Source: Phoronis australis (taxonomy: Eukaryota; Animalia; Phoronida). Taken from it: a stretch of DNA of 64,000 nt. Within the stretch, counting starts at the first letter, position 1, and each line of letters opens with the position of its first letter. Below, in pieces: positions 13,405 to 24,678 of this stretch. Made by a program: the position numbers and the translations under genes. The notes beneath the pieces were generated by a model. It did no database searches, was not told where the DNA came from, and saw nothing but the letters and a program-made list of their open reading frames with translations. The stretch lies in the NCBI GenBank assembly GCA_002633005.1, contig NMRA01000094.1, positions 646,597 to 710,596 of the forward strand. The letters are read 5' to 3'.

Positions 13405-14156
13405 TTAGTGCAAATGCAAGGTGTGCACTGTTATGCCGACCTCAAAGGAATGTCTGTGTTGTTCCCACTGGATAGTGACCTGAGCACCCAAACCGCTTAC
13501 ATCCAGCCGTGTGACTACCTCGCCACACACTTGGCACCTTCTAAATACCTCCAATACTTTAGTGAAGTCTATAATAAACTTATCAAAGTTTGGCTTACCA
13601 GCCTGACCACTGGACAACCAACTGTCCTCCCCACTGGTTGTCCAACTTGGCCTGTATTGACTTCCACTACTCAACAACGCTGCAGGGCTGCTTACAGATT
13701 CTGGGCTGGAGACAACACCAGCACAGGGCAAATCACTGCTAGTTCCCGGAATTGCACGCTCTGGTGGTACATTCGGAGGCACGGGTGACAGTAGGTGAAG
13801 CACCACCAGTCACTGTAGGGGCCACATTTCGCGAGGCTACTCGCTTCAAAAATGCACTTCTCGGGGGTGCTGACGAGGCACTATCTGGAATCAGCAGCAG
13901 TATGGCACCCTTCTTCAGGCGTTGTTTTGCAAGAACCTTCATCATTTCTGCATACATATCTCTTTCGTAATCCAGCGCCAGAAAATGCTTGCCACACACT
14001 CTGTAATTCTCCACTGCTTTGTACGTTGCGTGGATGGTAACGCTGCGTTCTTCACTCGAACGGGCCAAGTATGGGGAAGCGTGTCATCTTTGGGAAAGTG
14101 GATTTTACTGTAGATGTATTGTGCCCCCTGTTGTGATAGTTGAGCTTCCAAGTCAT
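13405..14156 (-). pseudogene. Kolobok transposase 5' relic: THAP domain plus downstream CxxC region
   Basis: FPKDDTL..W...YKAVENYRVCGKHF...RLKKGAI (THAP), then KFIIDFTKVLEVFRRCQVCG...GAQVTIQW; several frameshifts; DDE core absent. Confidence 0.75.
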
Positions 14157-17100
14157 CTTTCCTACCAAAATGGTTACCAAGACAGAAGCAGCTGTTCAAC
14201 ATAAGATGAATTTTGTGTAGTGGAATAACATAAGCATTCAAAATACAGTTTTGAAAAGTTACTTCTCAACCCACAATTGGCACAGTCATCAAGAAAAACA
14301 GAGAATTTTATAAAATAGATGAATTTCTTTACCTCCCAAAATGTGATTTATTAAAAACATTCCTAGATTGTATATTAGCTATGAGGTCTAATGGACTTAT
14401 ATAACTCTAATGAGTTGTTAATTACCTGTCAAGTACCAACATGTAATCAACAGTAGTATGAGACACTTCAACAGTGAAGTGGTCTCTTGCAACATTTTGT
14501 CAGGTGAGTTGTAAATTATTGCTTGATATCATGTATCTAGTGGGTCATGCTCCATGCAGTTGTATGTCTGGCAGAACTGACCACTAAAGTCATTTGTACA
14601 CACTATAAATGAATGTAGACTTCTTATGTTCTAATACAACTTTACCCATAGGACTGTCATATACTAGTAATGGGTGTGTGTATTATACCAGTAATGAGTG
14701 TGTAATCTAACTTTAACATACAGTTAACTCCCCTACTGTCAAAGCTTTGTTGTTAACTGTGGTTAACTATGAAGTTAAGCGCTAATATTCCCATCAACTT
14801 TTTAGTTATGCAGACGACTAATTTAGTGTAGCTATCACATGTTGGCATTGTGATAGCTGATCTAAACAAAGCTGGTATGGTGGTAACTTGTTCACTGATT
14901 TTTTGGTGATATGAAGAATCAAGCAAATACATGGAGAAATTGAAGCAGATTGCCCGCACTGCCAAAATAATGTTATTAAAACGAAATGTTAACAAATACG
15001 ACCCAGTCAGCGCCTGCTATTGGCAAATTCAGTGACAAATCTTGCTGATATCTGCAGTGGTATTAAAGTTGTACGTTCCCTTTGTAGTGAAGTTGTACAG
15101 AACAGCTTACTACATGACTGTGTCTATATCAATATACCGGACAGCGTACATTTTTTTAGTCTTTTCTCTAACTGAATGACTTAATGCCCCTCCCCCGTAA
15201 TCTTAGAAAAGGTTTCTGACAAGCTATTTTATAGGTTTCTTTTTTCTTATGTTCTACTATAGAAAAACTTAAGCTTGAACTCTCTTGCGTTTGTGTTGAA
15301 TAGAATGAACATTTGTGTTGAATAGAATGAATATTTTGCTCCAACAAGTTATAGAGTTGACTTGGTTGTCATGATGATGTGTATTGATCTTTGTGACAGA
15401 TGATGATAATAATCTGCTTGTCACCATGACTCATTTACTTAACTACAAACCCAGATTGAATATGATTCAAGTCAAACAGCGGTGTAAGCATTGTTCGGTT
15501 AAATTACATGAATTTTTTGTCAAACCTATCATTTTTTCATTAAATTGATAGATCTGTTTCTGAAGTAACCATATGTTTCATGTTTACAGATCAGTTTTGT
15601 CATTTTTTCTTGTCAAAAAGATGATGGACTAGTATGATTAATGGAGTAGTATGATTATTGCATGGCAGTTCATTGTTCAAACTAACATGACATTCACTTA
15701 TCTTGACGGAGTTCATGGTAAGTCAGACATATCCCTTTATAGACTTTGAGAATGCAAATTATTCAGTTTGGTTGTACCTTTCTTTTGGTTTTCCAACCAG
15801 TCATTTCCGAGATATGTAATTCCAAAATTGGTGGTATTTAGACATTTTTCTGGTGTCCTACTATAACCTTAAAACAACAAACTTGATGCTCAATATCTAC
15901 ACCATGCAGTGGCTAAAGGGGCAAAAGAACATAATTTGATAACTCTATCTGCCTGATTTTCCACATGTTGGTTTTACAATCTTGAACTGTTTAGTGTGAA
16001 ATGTTTCATGACCTAAACCATTGCAGGTTAGTTAGTGACTTCCTGTACATGAACAATTGCACTTATACTATCATGTGAACGGAAATATTTCATTTTGAGT
16101 TCAACTGAGCTTGTAAGATATGAGGCATAATCTTCATCTGTCGCACTTTTCTTGGGGGAGCATCGCGCTTTTTGAAGCTGTGTGCTGCTATGGTATGGGT
16201 ACGACATATGCCACATTTTGATGATATTTTTGCACTTTTCCATACCAATCACCGTTCCACTTCTCGGGCTCGACTGAAAACCAAATATACTGTCTTAAGT
16301 TCCTGGGTGTTACAGCGGACATCTGACTCTTGCAGTTGGTGTAGTTGGTGTAGGTGGTGTTCCACTTTTTATTTTTGAATTTTGGCAGCTATATTTGTAT
16401 GAGATATTCATAGTAAAAAAATATTATTTAAATTTCTCTCAAAACTGTGTTTGAATGTTTCTTTGAACTCGCCAAAAGCAGGTGAGAAATGGATACATCA
16501 TTTCAATTTTTTGGTTTTATCTGTGATTTTCTTAGTAAATCATTTTACGTCCTGGTTTTATTTCTTATTGCACTGTGCAAGTGACATCTAAGAGATTTGT
16601 TCTGTGTGTCAAAGGCATCACAGGCTACTACATGGTGGACCCATAACCTGTGTAGAGGATTTTGCTGGATCATTCAGCTTATACAGTCTTTCTAAGTTCT
16701 TGGGAAAAACAGGCAGATTGGACAACCATATGGATGAGGAGATCCTCGCTGGAGCGCCCTCATGAGTCATATTTGGCTGATTACCGTAGTTCAGTGGGCC
16801 CCGAGTTGGCCTAAGTCCATCTGGTGCACCACAAAAGGTATCAGGGAGTATACGCTTGGCACAATATTGTCACTGGTATTGTTTTTGTACGCAAAAAGGA
16901 TGAAAAAAGAGGTGTATATACACCAATCAAGTCTCTAGGTTCCTGTCTAAAACAAGTAAAGGTAACAACTAGTTAGAGATAACTCTGAAAGTGAGAAAAA
17001 TTTGAAGAAAAAGCTTTTGTGGTTTTCATTTTTTAAAATATTGCTTTTTTAATTAAAAAAAATAAATTTTGCCTCGTTTTTTTTCAAAATGCATTGACAT

Positions 17101-17172
17101 TATTATCACTTGTTTTCCTGAGGCAATAATCTAGTTATCCATACCAAATATGTGTATAAAATCATTGTGATC

Positions 17173-17780
17173 AGGGCTCAACATTAACTTTTTAAGTAGT
17201 TGAAACTTTTACTTACCCGAATAAAAAATTCACTTGACCCAAGTACAATCCCAAATAGCACCGTGCATGTGCACACCTAGGTAATGTGTTACGATAGGGC
17301 TGCCCGTGCTGAGCCTCTTGTTTTGTGCATGCTATATACATGAGTCGCTATTTTTTTAACGATTCTTCTTATAGAACATTTACTTATAAGGTGTGTCAAA
17401 ACACTACAGCGACAAATTAGAACAGTAACTATGGTATCTGAACCACTGTCTCACGTTCACAGGCGCCGAAATGAGCTAGGACATGAACTCTAGACACTTC
17501 TGTGTGTATTCATTAGTTTATCCGCCCTCATGCATTAAACTTGAGTTGTTGCTTAACCTGAATTTGAATTTTTGCTATCCGTAAAAATCTTGCACAGTTT
17601 TGGTCATCGGTACCTTGTATTAAATTAAAATCAAATTTTAACATATAGTAATGCCACATATACTTTTATTTTCAGTAAATAATTACATTTTTGAAAAATA
17701 GATAGACCGCGAAAAAGTCACCCTTCAGAGCGAAAATCCTGAAGACCGTATTCCTCTTCTTTCGGGAGTCGCTACCGAGA
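17173..17780 (+). mobile_element. Truncated hAT-like element, left end only
   Basis: CAGGGCTCAACATTAACTTTT...CACTTGACCC terminus; no partner end seen. Confidence 0.4.
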
Positions 17781-17863
17781 GCCGGGAATTCATAAGAATT
17801 TCCTTTGGAATTCTCCCTGAATAAATACCAGGCATTTAAAACTGTTGTGTAGTGTAGAAAATA

Positions 17864-18455
17864 TGTAGTCCCACATATTTATATGTGGATGCATTATGCT
17901 GTCATCTCTGTCCGTCCGTCCGTCCGTCCGTCCGTCCGTCCGTACGGGCGGCGTCCGTCTGGCGTCCGCTGCTCTATCTCCAAAACCCTTTGACATATGT
18001 TCATGAAATTTGGCACATGTTTCATTCATGAATGGGATGGCATGTGCGAACTTTCGGACGGATCCGACTACCGGTGTGCCCCCTAGTGGCAATTTTAGTT
18101 TTTTACGCTTACCTTTGTATCTTCAAAAGTCCTGAACGGATTTTCATGAAATTTGGTATGTAGGCACCTATTAGTGAGATGACGCTATACTCCCGTTTTC
18201 AGATGGATTCGACATAGTTTGCACCACCTAGTGGCCATTTTTAGTGTTTTCGAGTCTGTTTTTGTGCGTCAACCCCTCTATCAACCAAACCGCTCAAAGG
18301 ATGATTGTCAAAATTGGCATGTATATGCTTACTATGTAGAGGACGGTTGACGATGATTTTCCGACGATTTTGACTACTGTGGCGCCTCCTAGTGGCAGTT
18401 TTTTTTTTTGCCTATCGCTGTATCTCCTAAACCGTTCGCAGGATCTTTACGAAAT
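17864..18455 (+). mobile_element. Helentron-associated (HINE/DINE-1-like) element family 1, copy 1
   Basis: 5' palindrome CCACATATTTATATGTGG, (GTCC)n microsatellite at about 17910-17942, about 150-bp core repeats with GAAATTTGG and CCTAGTGGC. Confidence 0.75.
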
Positions 18456-18479
18456 NCTGATTTTTTTGAATATATGTTT

Positions 18480-18954
18480 TGTCTAGTGCACTGCAGACGG
18501 GAACTCATCGCGGCAGACAAAGTCGCTGAAAGCGGAGGTTTTGACGCCGGCGGCTTCTTAAACTTTGCAAACAAGGGAAGAAAATAAAGTGACAAAAAGG
18601 TTCAAGTTTTATATTTTGAAGTGAGTTCATGACCCAAGACAATAACTCGTTACCTGTATTGTAATTCAGATTGCTAAACCACCGTCTCGGAGTCCCGGCG
18701 TCGTTGCACTCATTGTGATCATCGATCTTTTTCTAAAAGTCGGGGAATCGCGTGTTTCCTTAGCAATAGGTGCTAAATCTTCATTCTTTAAGAGTCGGGG
18801 ATGGGCGCTTAACCGAGAGGTGGGCGCTTAACTGGAAATCTTCAAAAATCGCAGGGGGGCGCTTAACTGAGCAGTGGGCGGTTAAATTGAAAATCCACTT
18901 AAAGTCGGGGATGGGCGGTTAACTGAGCATGGGCGTTAACCCGAACGATTACGG
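18480..18954 (-). mobile_element. Tc2/pogo-type element, copy 2 (one end only)
   Basis: Ends GGGCGTTAACCCGAACGATTACGG|TA; closely matches the reverse complement of 9622-9824. Confidence 0.85.
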
Positions 18955-19151
18955 TAAGTCTACACTAGATTTTACCCTGCAACACAGAAAAATCTGGACG
19001 AACACACCTGTTGTTGTGACGTAAGGTTTGTTTTGAAGTGAGCGAGCGCGTGCGTGTCACCAGAGTTCGTTTGCCAGAGTAAACGCGATGTAATGATCTG
19101 GGTGTGCAACTAAAGAAATTAACACAAGCAATACCGTAAAGCAGAACTTGT

Positions 19152-19625
19152 TTTATTATGCGTCTACATATTTATATGCGGCTGTATCTCCTAAACCCCT
19201 TTCAAGATCTTACTGAAATTTGGCAGATGTGTTCCTATGGGGTCTATGACAGAGGGCGACTAGTGTCGGACCTACCTGAATACCGCTGTGCCCCCTAGTG
19301 GCAATTTTAGTTTTTTACGTTTGCCTCTGTATCTTCAAAGGCCTTCAACCGATTTTCATGAAATTTGATACATAGGCATCTATTAATGAGTTGACGCTAT
19401 CCTCCCGTTTTTGTATTGCTTCGATGGATTTTGCACCATCTAGTGGCCATTTTTACTGTTTTCAAGTCGTTTTTTGGCGTCTGCCCCTTTAACAACCAAA
19501 CCACTCTAAGGATGATTGTGAAAATTGGCATGTATGGTCTTACTATGAAGAAGACAGTTGACGATGATTTTTCGATGACTTCGACTACTGTGGCACCACC
19601 TAGTGGCAGTTTCCTGGCCACGTGC
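19152..19625 (+). mobile_element. HINE family 1, copy 2
   Basis: Colinear with 17864-18400; microsatellite deleted. Confidence 0.7.
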
Positions 19626-19650
19626 TTTTAACAAAGATCAAGTTTTTATT

Positions 19651-19963
19651 AGTCTTCGTGGTTTTCACGTATACAAAGAAATTTAGATTCCTGTTGAGGG
19701 AAAAGATCTGTATGGGGAAAGATACAATACAATCCCTTTGACAAATATGCTGCCTCTGTTCTGAAAGGCTAAAGCATAATAGGACACGTCCCTCGCAAGA
19801 TCAGCAAAACTTTTGCATTCTTTTTGAAGCATGGCGGAAGTTTGAAGTGTATAGTCATGGCTAAATACTGACAAAGTGGTGAGGCTCGTGGTCTACAAAT
19901 TCCGCGCACAGTGATTTTTCAAGACTGACAGATCTTATTGATAAATTGAAGATGTTACTATAG
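19651..19963 (+). pseudogene. HIRAN-domain pseudogene within a Tc2/pogo-type transposon relic whose TIR-like end is at about 20015-20094
   Basis: SLRGFHVYKEI*IPVEG...NPFDKYAASVLKG*SIIGHVPRKISKTFAFFLKHGGSLKCIV...GLQIP.TVIF...DLIDKLKMLL*; followed by GGGCGCTTA repeats and a degraded GGCGAATACGG-TA type end. Confidence 0.75.
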
Positions 19964-22810
19964 AATTTTAGAATGTAGGTGAGGCATTTTTCGCATGTAC
20001 ACAGCGTTCATGGACTGGGCGCTTATTTTAGCAAAGTCTCAAAACGCTTAGAGGGCGCTTATAGGGGCATGGGCAGTTATTAGGGCGAATATGTTACGTA
20101 AAAATGTAGTCCATGAGTCAAAAAAACATACGATTGTATTTCAGTTATGGTTTATTTCAAATTTGCAAGTTTCGTAAAAATTGACCCACGTGTTGCGAAA
20201 AAATGGCGCAAGAATCTTGTTACCACTGTCAAATCACAAGCCGAGAAAAATGGTTTTGAAGTTAAGTGGGCATTGCTTGGCTCTTGAGGTCCAAATTCGT
20301 TCAGAATGTGCAGTCATAATGTTCCAATTTCTGTTGATGTAACAGAAATAAAGCTGATATTTACTTCATGTTCAGAAAATATGACATACCTGTTTTTTAC
20401 AGTAAAATTTTAATCAGACGACCAAAAAATACGGCTGACATGTGGGTGGAGCTTAGCGTTGATCTATTGTCAGCTGAAGGTGTGCCGACCACACATCATC
20501 AAAGCCATGTATTTCAGACTCTCCACTGTGGTAAAGGACTCTATATTGTGTTGACCAATTTGTTAGTATTCCAATATTATATGTAGTTACCGTTTCTTCA
20601 GCAAGCAATATACCGATATGTGTTATATCAAATCACTGCGTTATTATCAACACAACAATTAGCGATGAGGATAAAGAACAACATTCATCGTAATGGCTCA
20701 ATATGTGCCTGTACCGCTAACATTCTGGCCAAATGGACTAGCGGATAACAAAATGGCAGTGCAAATGCCTTGCTGAGGTGAGATTCTCAAAAAGTAACCA
20801 AAGTTTCTTATCTTGCTTTCTACTTAAATCGTATAATAATATCATGAGTTTTAATTCAGGGATACGTTTGAATCGATGCACTAGAATAATTTTGACATGT
20901 TGAACACTGGGTTATTTCTCTGATTGCTGGAGTTGCGGGCGGCGGTAACTTCAAAAATCCGACGAGTTTGGCAGTCTAGTTTCTCCCATGACCAACGGCG
21001 CGAATTTCCAGCACAGAAGCATGCTTTACATCAAAAAAGTTCCACTCTGATAGCATGTAGTAGTGCCTCGTGCGTGGGGCGTGTCATGACTGAGCACGTG
21101 TTCTCTCACCGCGTCATGCAACACCACCCATGTTGACACTCGGTGTCCTCTCGCAAGACACCACACCTGTCCGACATCTGTTGCGGACGATTTCTGAATG
21201 GACTCCTCGAGTGGAGTGCAGCTCTGGATTCGATTGCCAACAGAGATTTCTGTGTCTCCAGCGATGATCTCAGAATCAAGTAAAACTCATTTTGATAATC
21301 GTCTGTATTATGAGTAGGAAGTGTTGGATAAGATTTTATCTGATTAAATGTGTGACAGTGTCATATTGTTACAGGCAGTGTTGGTAGGTGCTTATTTAAA
21401 TCAATAGTTTGTTGTGGATATTGATAAAACATCTGATACATCTATTCCAAGTTATATATATGGACATTCAAACCTTCCTGTTCCTGTTCCCATTATTATA
21501 GCAGGCACCTACCTGTTGTGTCAAGCTCTGATCTTACAAACATTTATGGTGTTATAGCAAGCACTATGCAAAAGTAAACATTGTTAGGTGTCATAACATT
21601 TTCTCTTAGTCATTCGCAATCAAAAGTTAAATGGATTTGATCGTTATGTATTAGGCACTTGTTAAAGGAGAATGCCACCCAAAAAACAACCAATTTTGTA
21701 TCAATTTAGATCGAGTAGTTCTACTCGATAACGGCAGGTTGTATTGCGTTACCTGACGGCAGACGAAGGTGTTGAAATTATCCAGTGACGTAATTGGTTT
21801 CACATGCAGTCTGTTCAGCAGTTCACAACACGGGCTATTGGTGTCAGCTTATCGCTTGAATTCATCGTTTAACACCAATAAATAATCAAACTTCGATGTA
21901 AAACCCTTAAAAATACACAGAGTTCTCGTAAAAACGTGTTGTTTTATTTCGCTGTTACGGATTTACTGGTATTTGAACACGCCGTAGCCTACAAAGTTCG
22001 GCAGGCCAATTTACCAAGGTTCGTAGCAAGTGTTTGGGGTCTGTTCGGAGATATATTCGAAGTATTCTTCCGTGAAATATAGACAGGAGAACCTAGATCT
22101 GTGTTTTTTATTCTTGTGATTGTTTGAGTTTTAAACACCCAAAATGCTTGTTATCCCGGCCAGTGGCTCGGAACCCGATCAGGCCCGTTGCGGCTTCCGG
22201 TACTGGAACGAACATGAACCACCTTGAGTCGGGAACTTAGCCTCCAGTCACGAAATGAGCCAACGAAATCATGTGCACGTAATTATTTAGGTGAATTAGC
22301 CACGAAACTGAAAACTTGTCGGGGGCTGCGAAGTCGGGTTCCCCTTTCACAGACCGTCAGGGCAAAGGTTGTACATTAACAATGATTTGAATAATGTATT
22401 TGTATTAAATAAAGATTCCCCTTACATGTGACCATAGCATAATCGAGTAATTGTTTCACAACAGCTTTCTGTCAGCAAACACTGAATTAGCATGTGCTCA
22501 CATGGTCTGGGTGCCCAGTCAATTACCTTTGTTGCTGGCATCAAAAGCCAGTAAGGCAGTGGTTTATTCATTGCTGGCTTCTCAAAACATATGCAGTTAC
22601 AAGCACTCCAAGGCATTACTTGTACCTAATGAAACAGACTTTGTTTCAGTTTCATATAAGCATTGGTTAGGATCATTTTAGGATGAGAATAATTCATTTT
22701 GAAACAGAACGCAGAATAATAAACGTCTACATGGCAACTCGCCCGGAGCGAATCCCGACTTAGTCAAGAGCTCATCCGTCAAAGACTTCACGGGTCAGCG
22801 GCCATCATTA

Positions 22811-22912
22811 GATTTCACAGGCTATCAGTTCGAACCAGAATACACTGATCAAGAAATACTAGAGAGGGGCCGTGAACATGCACAGGCAACGGAACGTATG
22901 GATAGTTCTTTG
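22811..22912 (+). pseudogene. KolX N-terminal exon relic
   Basis: DFTGYQFEPEYTDQEILERGREHAQATERMDSS followed by a gtaag donor-like sequence. Confidence 0.65.
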
Positions 22913-22920
22913 GTAAGCCG

Positions 22921-23145
22921 GAATTCGTCTGAGTCACTGTCGATGAAATGCCGGCCACAGACACGGAGATGTTTCACGGCCTCATACTTGCTATTAACAG
23001 CATACCTTTCATTCTTCACTACCGCAAGCCACTTCCTAAGCATTTCGGGCTCTCGAGGAAGTCGAAAAAAACAATATACCTGCTTTCTTCGCAGCTTCAT
23101 TGTTTGGATAAGTGGGAATGATCCACCACGCAATATAGCAGCATG
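22921..23145 (-). pseudogene. Kolobok transposase THAP-domain relic
   Basis: YCVV...NNEAAKKAGILFFRLPREPEMLRKWLAVVKNERYAVNSKYEAVKHLRVCGRHF (frameshifted); homologous to the THAP at about 13900-14150. Confidence 0.8.
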
Positions 23146-23473
23146 CACTCTGCAGACGAACCACTGACGTCGCTGCATCATTTCTCACCTTCCTCACAAG
23201 TTAACGCGACACATCTCGGCAAGGTGAGGTCGATCATATAAGAGGCGATGTGGATATAGACCGATTGAGATGGTAAAAAAGACTAATTAAATTGGTTGGC
23301 ATTCTCCTTTAAAGGGACATTGGCTTCTCGCTTGCAAACAAATTTCAGAGCACACTTCTCAACCTTTCCGTACTTAACAGAAACTGTAAAGTATTGTTCC
23401 CATTATCCACCAGTTCTAAAGGCAGCAATTTTATTTTATGCAAAAGTGATGTTTGCCTCTTAAAGTACAACTT

Positions 23474-23713
23474 TATTGCAATGCCAACCCTCAGCACAGT
23501 TTTGGACATTATTGTAATGCCACACAGCCCTCAGTACAGTTGTGGACATTGTTGCAATGCCAGCACTTGGCACAGTTTTGGACATTATTGCTATGCCAGC
23601 CCTTGGCACAATTTTGGACATTATTGTAATGCCAGCCCTTGGCACAGTTTTGGACATTATTGCAATGCCAGCCCTCAGCACAGTTTTAGACATTACTGCA
23701 GTGCCAGCCCTGA
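23474..23713. repeat. Minisatellite, 36-bp unit, about 6.5 copies
   Basis: gcacagttttggacattattgcaatgccagcccttg. Confidence 0.9.
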
Positions 23714-23916
23714 GACAGCACAGGCTTCAGCAAGTTTTGATATTGATTAACTATAATACTACAGTTACCATAGAACAAGTTCCTCATGGAACAAGTTGTC
23801 TTTGGGTTTAGTAGTAGTGATGCTATTTGCTCTGGATAACTTGACACAGGTGTGACAATTCAGTTTGCCCACCTTGTCAAGGTTGGGTAACTTGTTCTTG
23901 GGTAACTTGCCCCAAG

Positions 23917-24048
23917 CAAGTCATAGTGTGGTCACAAGTCATAGTGTGGTCACAAGTCATAGTGTGGTCACAAGTCATAGTGTGGTCACAAGTCATAGTG
24001 TGGTCACAAGTCATAGTGTGGTCACAAGTCATAGTGTGGGCACAAGTC
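23917..24048. repeat. Minisatellite, 18-bp unit, about 7 copies
   Basis: caagtcatagtgtggtca. Confidence 0.95.
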
Positions 24049-24615
24049 TGCTGATATGGGGAAGTAACTAATACCTGAGCTTTGTGTTTGCTGTATTGCA
24101 TACATGTGGTGGCACCACTTCTCTTTTCCTTATCTTGTCATGTTTTTATTGTGTTTATAACATAAACCATCTTTTAATGACTTATCGCCAACTGAAAGGC
24201 CAAGAAATATCCAAAAATTTGACAGGAAAGACATAAATGATCAACTGTCATTTTTAGAGTTCCACATACAGTATGCAGATTGTTTTTCATGAGGTTGTCT
24301 GGTGTGTAGTATGGATGCTAAGTTGACTGGAGGCAAGTTGGTAAATATCCCAATATTCTCTCATCACAGATTTTAATTCTGTGTTTATTATTCCCTTTGC
24401 ATCCATGCTCTCCTGTCTTTTCAGAGGTGCTTAACCCATCGGACGGTGACCTTCACCTTTTGAGACCAAGTGAAATTGCCACTGATATGTCTCCCATGAG
24501 CTGTGAGTACAAATTCCATGTTTACAAATTCTAGGTTAGTTTCCTTGTTTGTCAAAAGATGGCACTGTTGTTTGGCTTCAGGATGCAAGTTGCATGGAGC
24601 CTCTTTAGATGTTAA

Positions 24616-24678
24616 AGGAGAATGCCACTCGATTTGATTAGTCTTTTTAACCGTCTTAATCGGTCTATATCCACATAT
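24616..24678 (-). mobile_element. Solitary Kolobok-B right-end fragment (inverted)
   Basis: TTAA|AGGAGAATGCCACTCGATTTG...GGTCTATATCCACAT is the reverse complement of about 23247-23312. Confidence 0.8.

Larger units (their letters stand above)
12988..14200. mobile_element. Internally deleted Kolobok-type transposon A (right end not found)
   Basis: TTAA|AGGGGAAGGCAACCC left end; KolX-like start on + and THAP transposase 5' part on -. Confidence 0.75.
21666..23308. mobile_element. Internally deleted Kolobok-type transposon B with both ends
   Basis: TTAA|AGGAGAATGCCACCCAA ... TTGGTTGGCATTCTCCT|TTAA (RR...YY termini, TTAA TSD). Confidence 0.85.

Noticed and set aside
16660-16830. Possible CR1-like LINE 3' end (SLSKF...RLDNHM)
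   Set aside because: Match too short to support a feature call
23394-24101. ORFs with repeating peptides (VLDIIAMPALGT, SHSVVT, CDHTMT)
   Set aside because: Translations of 36- and 18-bp minisatellites, open in several frames
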